DNA from: Anolis carolinensis
Lineage: Eukaryota
Reading direction: 5' to 3'
Assembly: GCF_035594765.1 (NCBI RefSeq)
Contig: NC_085846.1
Span: 10,775,190 to 10,839,189 of the forward strand
DNA length: 64,000 nt
The notes beneath the pieces were generated by a model. It saw only the letters and a list, made by a program, of their open reading frames with translations. It did no database searches and was not told the origin of the DNA. Position 1 is the stretch's first letter. The number at the start of each line of letters is the position of its first letter. Shown piece by piece: positions 11,661-64,000 of the stretch. Made by a program: the position numbers and the translations under genes.

Positions 11661-12515
11661 GTAATGTGTTGTCGAAGGCTTTCTTGGCCGGAATCACTGG
11701 GTTGCTGTAAATTTTCCAGGCTGTATGGCCATGTTCCAGAAGCATTCTCTCCTGACGTTTCGCCTGCATCTGTGGCAGGCATCCTCAGAGGTTGTGAGGT
11801 CTGGTGGAAACTAGGCAAATAGGGTTTATATATCTGTGGAATGTCAAGGATGGGAGAAAGAACTCTTGCCTGTTTGAGGCAGGTGTGAATGTTGCAATTG
11901 GCCACCTTGATTATCACTGAATAGTAATTTCAAAGCCTGGCGAATTCATGCCTGGGGGAATCCTTTGTTGGGAGGTATTAGCTGGCTCTGATTGTTTCAT
12001 GTCTGGATTTCCCCTGTCTTCCAAGTGTTGTTGTTTATTTATTGTCCTGATTTTAGAGTTATTGAATAAGGGTAGCCAGATTTTGTTCATTTTCATGGTT
12101 TCCTTCTTTCTGTTGAAATTACCCACATGCTTGTGGATTTATTGATTCTCTGTGTAGTCTTGACATTATGGTTGTTAGAGTGGTCCAGCATTTCTGTGTT
12201 TTCAAATAATATGCTGTGTCCAGGTTGGTTCATCAAGTGCTGTGCTATGTCTGGACCACTTACACAGAAAGAATTACCCCAGGCAGGAAGCAGCCAGGCT
12301 TCGAAGCTACAAGGCCATTAAATGCTTATCAAGATGGCCAATTGCAGCAATCATACTTACCTCAAACAGACAAGAGTTCTTTCTTCCACCCTGGACATTC
12401 CACAGATATATAAACCTCACAACCTCAGAAGATGCCTGCCATAGATGCAGGCGAAATGTCAGGAGCAAATGCTTCTGGAACATGTCCATACAGCCAGGAA
12501 AACACAACAACCCAG
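11661..12515. mobile_element. Penelope-like element, inverted pair in EMC4 intron 1
   Basis: Minus copy 11661-~12230 carries degenerate C-terminal GIY-YIG-region coding sequence (...NFNRK.ETMKMNKIWLP); plus copy ~12270-12515. Confidence 0.8.
11751..11791 (-). ncRNA. minimal type I hammerhead ribozyme motif (Penelope-associated), intact core
   Basis: CCU-CUGAGGA-U-GCCUGC-cacagau-GCAGGC-GAAA-CG-UC-AGG: helix I CCU/AGG, 6-bp helix II, catalytic core, GUC cleavage triplet. Confidence 0.7.
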
Positions 12516-12584
12516 TGCTCAGGTTTGTATTGTTTTCTTGATGTTGTTTTTCAGGGCCTCTCTGCATATCTTTGGCTGGGAAAG

Positions 12585-14872
<2,288 letters not shown>

Positions 14873-15113
14873 CCCAACTCAAAAACCAGTGACTGCGTTA
14901 AATGTCTGGATCACAGGATGTCCTTCTCTCATTCATCCTGATTCCCTCATAAAGCTGCCAATTAAGTGGACACTGCTGCGCTAAGGGAGACGAGATGACA
15001 AAGGCAGAGACTAAAGGAGCAGACTGCAAAGGACTGATACGTTCTGCATGGGGAGAAGCAGGAGGCTCTTCCTGTCAGGTTTTTTTTCACCTTTCCCCCT
15101 CTGTTGAAAGTGG

Positions 15114-15119
15114 AATAAA
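15114..15119 (+). terminator. polyadenylation signal of EMC4
   Basis: AATAAA about 240 nt downstream of the stop codon. Confidence 0.6.
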
Positions 15120-15194
15120 AGTTGCTAACACACCTGTTTTCAGAGCTTTCCTGGAATGGTCTACTCTACTGGCTAAGAACTAGCTTTTGTAGGA

Positions 15195-15502
15195 TAAAAT
15201 AGGTCTACTTAAAATGTCGATCCCGATCCCAAATAGGATCCCCTGTGCTCAATGTTGGGGTCTCGAAAAATTTGACGTGTTTTTTTAATGGTACTCTGGC
15301 TGTTTTAGACATTTACACAAATCAGTTGTGCTGTGTTTACAATGAACTCTGCAGAAGATGCTTCAGCTGTTTAGCAAGTCTAGTAAATACTGATTTACTA
15401 TCAGTAAATGTTTGATTTTATACCTATTTTATATACCCGGGGTCATGTAAACATTTCTGAAGCAAAAAGGGGTCTACTGTAGAAAATATTAAGAAACCCT
15501 GG
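15195..15502. mobile_element. hAT-like non-autonomous element
   Basis: Shares GGGGTC-rich subterminal motifs with a second copy at ~6460-6760. Confidence 0.5.
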
Positions 15503-16159
15503 CCTGGAACAACTGACCTTTGCTGGCATCAGTGTTTTAAAGAATTATCTTTTCCCTTTGCAAAAAAGTGGAAATGAACTCAAAACAAACCAGTGTAGTC
15601 ACAGAGCAAGGACTATTCAATGCATTCATGTTCTTGGCTTGATTTCTTTCAATTGGTGATCTGAACAAACACTACAGGATCAAAGCTTAGTTTACAGTGA
15701 CTTACTTACATACATCCAACACACCCTTCTACGTAGGAATCATTTAGCTTCTGGCAATTTTCTTTATACTCTAAAGCAAGAGATTGGCACACTTCTGGAG
15801 AGTCCCAGTACACTCTTGTGGCTGTTTTGGATGAGAATTTCCTATTTTGCTCCCCTTTTGTGTCCTATAAGGGAGATAGCTATTGGGTTGTGGCTGTTAA
15901 TATTAAAGGGGTTTGAGGGAACTGGGAATGACAATGAAGCTCACAAAGGCTGCAAGATTCCAGCTGCTGCTATAAAGTTACTGAGGCAATTTGAAGTTTT
16001 CCCAACAATGTATAGCCTCACATTGCTATAGCCAGCTTTGAGTGAATACAGAAATTGCAGAGCAACGGAGTGTCACAAGTTAACACCCTCAGTGCTGTAA
16101 AATATGGGGATGTACCAGGATTTTTTCAATTAATGAAGATCATGAGAATAGTTATCCTG

Positions 16160-16712
16160 TTGTGTTGTCGAAGGCTTTCATGGCCGGAATCACTGGCTTG
16201 CTGTGAGTTTTCTGGGCTGTATGGCCATGTTCGAGAAGCATTATCTCCTGACATTTCATTCACATATATGGCAGGGATCCTTAGAGGTTGTGAGGTCTGT
16301 TGGCATGAGTGGGGTTTATAAGTCTGGAATGTCCAGGGTGGGAGAAAACTCTTGCCTGTTTGAGGCAAGTGTGAATATTGCAACTGGCCAGTTTGATTAG
16401 CATTGAATGGCCTTGCTGCTTCAAAGCCTGGCTGCTTCCTGCCTGGGGGAATCAAACGACATTATTTCAAAAACAATTGAAAAGTGTTGCAATGCTAATC
16501 AAGGTGATTAATTGCAATATTCACACTTGCTTCCAACAGACAAGAGTTCTTTCTCCCACCTTGGACTTTCCACAGATATATAAACCTCACTGACTTAGTT
16601 TCCAATATACCTCACAATCTCTGAGGATGCTTGCCATAGAAGTGTCTGAAACGTCAGGAGAGAATGCTTCTGGAAATGGCCATGCAGCCCGGAAAAATCA
16701 CAGCAACCCAGT
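16160..16712. mobile_element. inverted pair of Penelope-like fragments between the EMC4 and SLC12A6 3' ends
   Basis: Minus copy 16160-16450, plus copy 16490-16712. Confidence 0.75.
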
Positions 16713-16783
16713 TAACCTGCTGGCAACCGAATGCCCTGTGGTCTTTCACAATGACAAAGAAACCAGAAACTATATATAAAATG

Positions 16784-16789
16784 TTTATT
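16784..16789 (-). terminator. candidate polyadenylation signal of SLC12A6
   Basis: AATAAA on the minus strand after about 1.43 kb of repeat-poor 3' UTR-like sequence, just before the Penelope block. Confidence 0.55.
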
Positions 16790-18220
16790 CTTTACATAAT
16801 TCAGGAAGCCAAAAAAAATCACACCCCCAAAACCTGATGCTATGTAAACAAGGTCACACCCCCAATAAATTAAAGTCTCCCCCAAAGTAAAGACGTGAGG
16901 AAAAGTAGGTGAAATTCCCTTTAAAATGATGAGGAGAGGCTAGAGATCCGTCTGCTTTAAGGCTATCTCAAAGGAGTGGTCCCTGTATGCGATTCTTGAG
17001 CAAAGGATTGAGAAAATTTAGACATCCATCATTGAAACTGGAGGGCACAATACAGACAACGCCATTTGCCCATGTTTGCCTTTGTCGGGATAGGAAGGAG
17101 TCATTCTCAGCACTCACAAAATACACGATGTAGGGCCTCACTATTGAGACACTTGTTCTAAAAAGAGACAGGCATAATAGTTTGGTATAGAAAGAGCTGT
17201 GTCCCTCTTACCCAACTTTGGGGGTAGCAGGGAAGAGGGGGTAGCTCTATATTCAGGCGCACAGGGACAGTTATGCAAGTCAGAAGATATTGCTGTTTTG
17301 CCTCCTGTTTAAATTTAGGAAAGATACTTTCCTCTGCATGATAACTATTAGTGCAGTTTCTTCTGCTTTTCAGTCATTCTACAAAAGATCTGCAAACACT
17401 GGGAAAAACAAGACTCTGAGCTTCCTTGCCCAGAGAGGAGTATGAGAGCCACAGAGGAAAAGAACTGGCAGGACAGATTCCATCACCAGTATGCCTCTTC
17501 TACCCTGGCTTCAGGAATCTATCATTCTCCATCATGCCTTGACAAAGAGTGAACTGGGATTTCAGCATCCCATAAGAGTCAAGAGTCGAGGATAAGTACT
17601 GAAGAAGTCGGCTCCATCTTTCTAAATGCCCCTCCCTTTGCTTTCAGAGGGAAAGAAAGCAGAAAGACTTTGGCACTGACCAGAAGAGAATGGCACAATG
17701 CAGGCGGCATCTCGCTGCTGCCAGCTCTCCAAACAGCATCTCCCATCCCCTCCTCTTTTTAATCGACAGTGTCCGTTCAATTGAAATAGTATTGTATTCT
17801 TGTAAAGGTTAGCAGAGGGTTCCAGCAGCAACTAGGAGACCAAAGCAGTGAGTTTCTCCCTGCTCTTTTGGCTCCTTTCACCCCCGCCCAGCAACATTAG
17901 TACCTGACTCACTAGCTCCTCTACTTCTTGGCAAGAGGCCGAGCCATCTCTTGCTCAAGTCTAAAAGATTAAGTTGTTCCTAATGTGTACCTTTTAACCT
18001 CATGAAAGAATAGGGGGGAATGTCAACATTCCCTCCTCCAAAAGGAGAAAAACCACCCTATCTCAAGACCCCCCCCATCTGCAACTGGAAAAAGAAAGCA
18101 AAGGAGGCGTGACGCTGCTAGCTGCTCTGCTTGAGAGGTCAAATAGCAGGTGGTAACAGGCAGGAAGCAGATGTCAATCTGACAAAACCGAGTTCGTTGG
18201 GAGGAAGGCCTCCCATGCCT

Positions 18221-58537
<40,317 letters not shown>

Positions 58538-60259
58538 ATCGGCAGCAGGAATGGATGGGGCAGAAACAGTATGACTGCCCTGATAACTTTAACCCGCAGT
58601 TGGCTGGAGCGCTAAGTAGTATGAGGAAGGAGACCTTCCAAAAGGGCAAAGATGCCAACCCTGTTACCAAGTACTCCCTTGAGAGAAAGACTCATGTCTT
58701 AGCATTGATTGACGATTCGACTAATACACTGTGGTATCTGGATAGTAATGATTATCAGGTATATTTTCCAAAAGCATGACCAAAGCTGGTGAAATGGTGA
58801 ACGCTCATGATTTTGTAGGCAAATATTTCACAGGTGATTAGCCCAAAGATTCCAATTTATCAGGCAGCAGCGGTAAGGGGTTTTTTCTTCCCAAAGGCAG
58901 CCTACAGAACCAAACCAAAAGGCGGTTGTAACTGATGTATGCTAAAAGATCTTACCGAAAATTTCTGGCCTTGATGTTTACCTTAAAGAGGCAAAAATCC
59001 TGATGGGAAGTCCTGCTTGTTAGGTCAAAAATATTTTTGGCACAGCAAAATGCATAGAGGTAATTTCTTCTGAGCGCAAAGATTTTTCCAAAGCACGTAA
59101 AAAGTCTACAGGGTACCTGGTGAAAGTCAGAATCCACTGTGTTTGCAAAGTGACATGCCAAAAAGATGGGTTATTTTTCATTGCAAATATTCCTTACAAT
59201 CCTGTTGCAGAAACAATGAAAGGCTTCTTATCTCAAAAGGCGGAGGCTGTGTATCACAGTGTCCCATGCAAGAACAGTAAAAACAGATTCCTTAAGATAG
59301 TGCTGTCCCTGTAAAAGGATTGAGAATTGCTCCACAGGCTTTTGGTGATGTTTCAAAAGTCCTGGCATGAGAAGATAACCGTTGGATGAGGCCTAGTGCA
59401 GGGGAATCAACAGCTTCTGATAATCGCATGAGAGAATATTAGGGTCCTGGAGAAACAAAGTGAAAACATTGTTGTTGTTTGTCTGTCACAAGAGTTTTCT
59501 TGGCACAAATTGTTCAAAAAGGGTTTGCTCTTACATTCCTCTGAGGCTGAGAGAGCACGACTTGCCTAAATTCACCCAGTAGCTTTCCATGGGTGCACCT
59601 ATAATGCAAAATTAATGCAGATTGACACCACTTTAACGTGGTAGTTGTAGTCTGACAAGGTCTTTAGCCTTCTCTGCCAAATAGTACCAGTGCCTCACCA
59701 AACTATAATTTCCATTATTCCGTAACACTGAGCGAGTAATGTCAAACTGCATTCATTCTACATTGTAGTTATATCCTTAGATACCAGTCATAGTCCAATT
59801 CTCAAACCACTAGACAACACTAATGTGCGCTCTCTCTCTCACTCTAGATAGATATAGATATAGATATACACACACTGGATGTATATGAGTGTGTGTGTGT
59901 GTGTATATCTATAGTCACAAACAAACCTGAAACTGCAGAGATGAGTCATTTCTACAAAGGGTTTAACAAGTCCCATACTTTGGAGCCCATCTGTTATCTC
60001 ATGGGGACCTTGGATAAGTTCAAGATGAAAGAATTCACAAAAAATAAACAAACTGGTCACACTATTGCTCTTAAAGCACCCAAAAATGTCAGTCAGTAAG
60101 GATGTCATTTCTTTAATGTAAAATGCTCAGAAATGAGAAAAGAAAAAGAAAAAGAAAGATCCGCTTTAGCAAATTTAAACACCGAGCAAAGAAAAGCAGG
60201 CACATGTACAAGACACTGGCAAGCAAGATGATGATGTAAGAGTGAGACTGATCATCAAA

Positions 60260-60752
60260 ACAGGTGGAATGTCCAGAGTGGGAAAAAGAACTCTTGTCTG
60301 AGGAAAGGTGAATTTTGCAGTTGGCCTCCTTGATTAGCACTGAATGGCATTGCAGCTTCAAAGCCTGACTACTATCAGTATTAAAAAACTCTAAATCTGG
60401 ACAATAAATAAAGCACAACACTCAGAAAACAGTGGAATTCCAAACAGGAAACAATCAGAGCAACTAACACCTCCCAACAAAGGATTCCCCCACATAGGAA
60501 GCAGCCAGGCTTTGAAGCTGCAAGGCCATTCAGTGCTAATCAAGCTGGCCAACTGCAACTTTCACACTTGCTTCAAACAGACAAGAGTTCTTTCTCCCAC
60601 CCTGAACATTATTCCACAGATCTATAAACCCCACTTGCCTAGTTTCCAACAGACCTCACAACCACTGAGGATGCCTGCCATAGATGTAGGCGAAACGTCA
60701 GAGAATGCTTCTGGAACATGGCCATACAGCCCAGAAAACTTACAGCAACCCA
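60260..60752. mobile_element. Penelope-like element with inverted 5' piece
   Basis: Minus 60260-60367, plus 60380-60752; hammerhead core CTGAGGA...GAAACGTC at 60665-60699. Confidence 0.75.
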
Positions 60753-60839
60753 AATATAATCTTAATAATAATTCGTATTGTTTTTAGTGTTGTGCGCTGC
60801 TTTGAGACTTTTTTTAAGAGAGAAAAATAAAAAATAAAC

Positions 60840-61640
60840 AGATTAGAGAGATGATTGGCCAAAACTAATAAAATGAAGTTCAACAGGTACAATTGCAAGA
60901 TACTCCATTTAGGCAGAAAAAAATGAAATGCAAAGATACAGAACGGGGGACGCCTGGCTCAACTGTAGTGTGAAAAAGGAGTCCTCATGGACAACGAGTT
61001 AAATGAGTAAACAATGTGATGCAGCAGCTAAAAAAGCCAATGGGATTTTTTCCTACATAAATAGAAGTCTAGTGTCTAGATCCAGGGGAGTCATGCTCCT
61101 CCTCTATTCTGCCTTGCTTCATCAGACCACACCTGGAATACTGTGTCCAGTTCTGGGCGCCGCAATTTAAGGGAGATGTTGACAAGCTGAAATGTGTCCA
61201 GAGAAGGGTGACTAAAATGATCAAGGGCCTGGAGAACATGCCCTATGAGGGGCGGCTTAAAGAGCTGGGCATGTTTAGCCTGCAAAAGAGAAGGCTGAGA
61301 GGAGACATGATAGTCATGTATAAATTTGTGAGGGGAAATCATAGGGAGGAGGGAACAAGCTTCTTTTCTGCTGCCCTGGAGACTAGGATGCGGAACAATG
61401 GCTTTAAACTACAGGAAAGGAGATTCCACCTAAATATGAGGAAGAACTTCCTTACTGTGAGAGCAGTTCAGCAGTGGAACTCTCTGCCCCAGAGTGTGGT
61501 GGAAGCTGCTTCTTTGGAGGCTTTTAAACTGAGGCTGGATGGCCATCTGTCGGGGGTGCTTAGAATGTGATTTTCCTGCTTCTTGGCAGAATGGGGTTGT
61601 ACTGGATGGCCCATGAGATCTCTTCCAACTCTATGATTCT
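60840..61640 (+). mobile_element. CR1 LINE 3' fragment
   Basis: ORF 61208-61570 (TKMIKGLENMPYEGRLKELGMFSLQKRRLRGDMI...LDGHLSGVL) is the CR1 ORF2 C-terminus; CTATGATTCT tail. Confidence 0.9.
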
Positions 61641-62473
61641 AATAATCATCTTGTATTTATTTATTTATTATTTTTTAAATTTCATTCGCACGTTTTTTGG
61701 TATCTGATGTTATTGTATGGTCGTTCTGTATTTATAAGCCGCCCCGAGTCCTCTCGGGGAGATGGAGGCGGGGTACAAAAATAAAATTATTATTATATTA
61801 TTACTATTATTACTACAGTTATATCCTGCCTTTCTCACCCCGAAGGGGACTCAGAGTGGCTTACAAATTATATGTGCACACAATATATTATATTATTAGC
61901 ATAGCACAATATTAGCATTATATATGACTATATTGTACTATACCACTACACTGTAATATTATTAGTAATATTACATGTAATATATAATATATAATTAATA
62001 TTTTTATATTGTGTTTTTACTATCAGCAAGTTCAGCAGCTCAACAGTTTAACCCACTGCGCCACTGGGGGCTCTATATTGTACGTATTACATTATAATAT
62101 CTTTATCAATATTATATGTATATAGAATACATTATATTATTATATATTATTGTGTATTATATTGTATATTATATACAATATTATATATTACTTACATACT
62201 TAGACAATCCCTCGTAGCTTGGGGATGATGGTCCTCCAAGTGTACTGGATGTGCAAATATATATATATAATATTGTATTATTAGCATAGCATGTTAATCT
62301 TTTGCAATTATTTAGTGTTGTCATCTGCTCTGAGTCCCGTTTAAGAGAGGAAAGTGGGATATAAATACAATAATAATAAAAATAATAATAAAAATAAGAC
62401 CTTAATGTTGTCAATCAAACTGCCATTGGCAACACAAGACCTTGGTTAGCTTGGGGCAGGGAGTAAATTATTA

Positions 62474-62605
62474 TTGTCGAAGGCTTTCATGGCCAGAATC
62501 ACAGGGTTGTTGTGAGTCTTCTGGGCTGTATGGCCATGCTCCAGAAGCATTCTCGCCTGATGTTTCACCCACAACTATGGCAAGCATCCTCAGAGATTGT
62601 GAGGT
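62474..62605 (-). mobile_element. Penelope-like 3' end
   Basis: Reverse complement of the family 3' end with hammerhead-like segment 62556-62596. Confidence 0.7.
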
Positions 62606-62689
62606 ATGAAATAATACACCTCACAACCTTTAAGTGAGACTCTATATTAAAATACATTGAACACAATTTTCAGGGGGGGGGACCCAATA

Positions 62690-62973
62690 CAGTAGAGTCT
62701 CACTTATCCAAGCTAGCAGAACCTTGGATAAGCGAATATCTTGGATAATAAGAAAAGCCTATTAAACATCAAATTAGGTTATGATTTTACAAATTGAGCA
62801 CCAAAACATGTTATACAACAAACTTGACAGAAAAAGTAGTTCAATACGCAGTAATGTTATGTTGTAATTACTGTATATACGAATTTAGCACCAAAATATC
62901 ACGATATATTGAAAACATTGACTACAAAAATGTATTGGATAATCCAGAACCTTGGATAAGTGAGACTCTACTG
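62690..62973. mobile_element. Tc1/mariner-superfamily MITE
   Basis: Same TIRs; TA target duplication on both sides. Confidence 0.88.
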
Positions 62974-63149
62974 TACTAATAAAAGGTAAAGTTAGAATTC
63001 ATAATTTTAAAATGGACTGGTGTGGGGAAATGATGCCCAGAGGCCAAATCAAAAACCATAAATTCAGAGATGAAGCATTGAGAGGAAAGCATGGCCATAG
63101 TAGGGAAAATTAAAAAAAAAAAAAAAGGTAGAGAGGAGGATAACAGTAC

Positions 63150-63760
63150 AGGTGTATCATGCAGAAAGGGAACGGGGAGCGCAATGCGCATGCGCGGGGC
63201 TCTCCCTTCGCTCCTTTTCTGCCCCCGCCCATTCTTGGAAGGCAAGAACCCTGGGGAAGAAGAAAAGTCCGAGGCGACCGTTAAAGATCGCCGCCGTTAA
63301 TTGTTTACCTCAGCCCCGCGCGCGCGCCGCACCCGCACCTTGCTTTTTTTCTCCTCAGGACGTTCTCCAAGGAGCGCTTCCCTCGCGCTCGGGTGTGTGT
63401 GTATATGTGCGCACGCGCGTGCGAGGCGCTGCTCTTCGGTTGCTGCTGCTTCTGCTGCTGCAGCTCCCGCTTCTGCTGCCGCTTCGCTTACCTCAGATGC
63501 CGGCTCCGATGTGGGCGGAGGGGAGGAGGGCGGGGAAAAAAAAAAGAGAACAGAACTCTTTTATTATTATTTTTCCTTCCCCTTCGCTTTCGCTTGTCCT
63601 CATCTTCTCCCTAGCCTAGGCTATGATCGTGCGCATGCGTAGAAGCAAGGAGCCGCTACTGTTGCTTGGATTCTCGCCTCTTTCCCTTCCCAAACGGGGA
63701 AGGGGGAATAGAGGGGCTACCAACGCGCTAGGGTTGCTGGGAATTGTAGTTCGTATTCTG
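63150..63760. promoter_or_regulatory. CpG island, probable SLC12A6 (KCC3a) upstream promoter
   Basis: The most CpG-dense stretch in the window; NRF1 motifs TGCGCATGCG at 63185 and 63630; ZNF143-type ACTACAATTCCCA (minus, 63738-63750); minus-strand donors GAG|gtaagc (63491) and GAG|gtaaac (63308). Confidence 0.7.
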
Positions 63761-63791
63761 TGAGGGGGCAATTGAATGATACAAATATATA

Positions 63792-64000
63792 CAGTAGAGT
63801 CTCACTTATCCAACGTTCTGGATTATCCAACGCATTTTTGTAGTCGATGTTTTCAATACATCGTGATATTTTGGTGCTAAATTTGTAAATACAGTAATTA
63901 CTACATAGCATTACTGCGTATTGAACTACTTTTTCTGTCAAATGTGTTGTATAACATGATGTTTTGGTTCTTAATTTGTAAAATTATAACCTAATTTGAT
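63792..64000. mobile_element. Tc1/mariner-superfamily MITE (opposite orientation, runs off the window)
   Basis: TA + CAGTAGAGTCTCACTTATCCAA; body is the reverse complement of 62760-62973. Confidence 0.85.

Noticed and set aside
61208-61570. 120-aa ORF
   Set aside because: It is the C-terminus of CR1 LINE ORF2, not a host gene
63152-63642. Overlapping 73-155 aa ORFs in the CpG island
   Set aside because: GC-rich low-complexity sequence depleted of stop codons, with no recognisable protein similarity

Overview
Eukaryotic (squamate, very probably Anolis-type lizard) genomic DNA, not prokaryotic. The species call rests on recognisable Sauria SINE, Penelope, CR1, R4/Dong and MITE families. Three spliced protein-coding genes were reconstructed by hand. 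SDR39U1 (minus strand, 6 coding exons, 4267-10978, 295 aa) lies head-to-head with EMC4 (plus strand, one non-coding and 5 coding exons, CDS 12585-14872, 183 aa). EMC4 lies tail-to-tail with SLC12A6/KCC3 (minus strand, 25 coding exons, 18221-58537, 1142 aa for the KCC3a form), which has an alternative first exon 1b at 45607-45727, two U12-type minor introns and a CpG-island promoter at about 63150-63760. The rest is a dense transposon landscape. The most notable items are 11 Penelope-borne minimal hammerhead-ribozyme motifs (one fully intact, in EMC4 intron 1), recurrent inverted Penelope pairs, R4/Dong fragments inside TAA/CAA microsatellites, 5S-rRNA-headed SINEs, a transposon-supplied splice acceptor, a perfected palindrome and a candidate unannotated KCC3 cassette exon. 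All family and gene assignments come from recall of the sequences; no database search was run.
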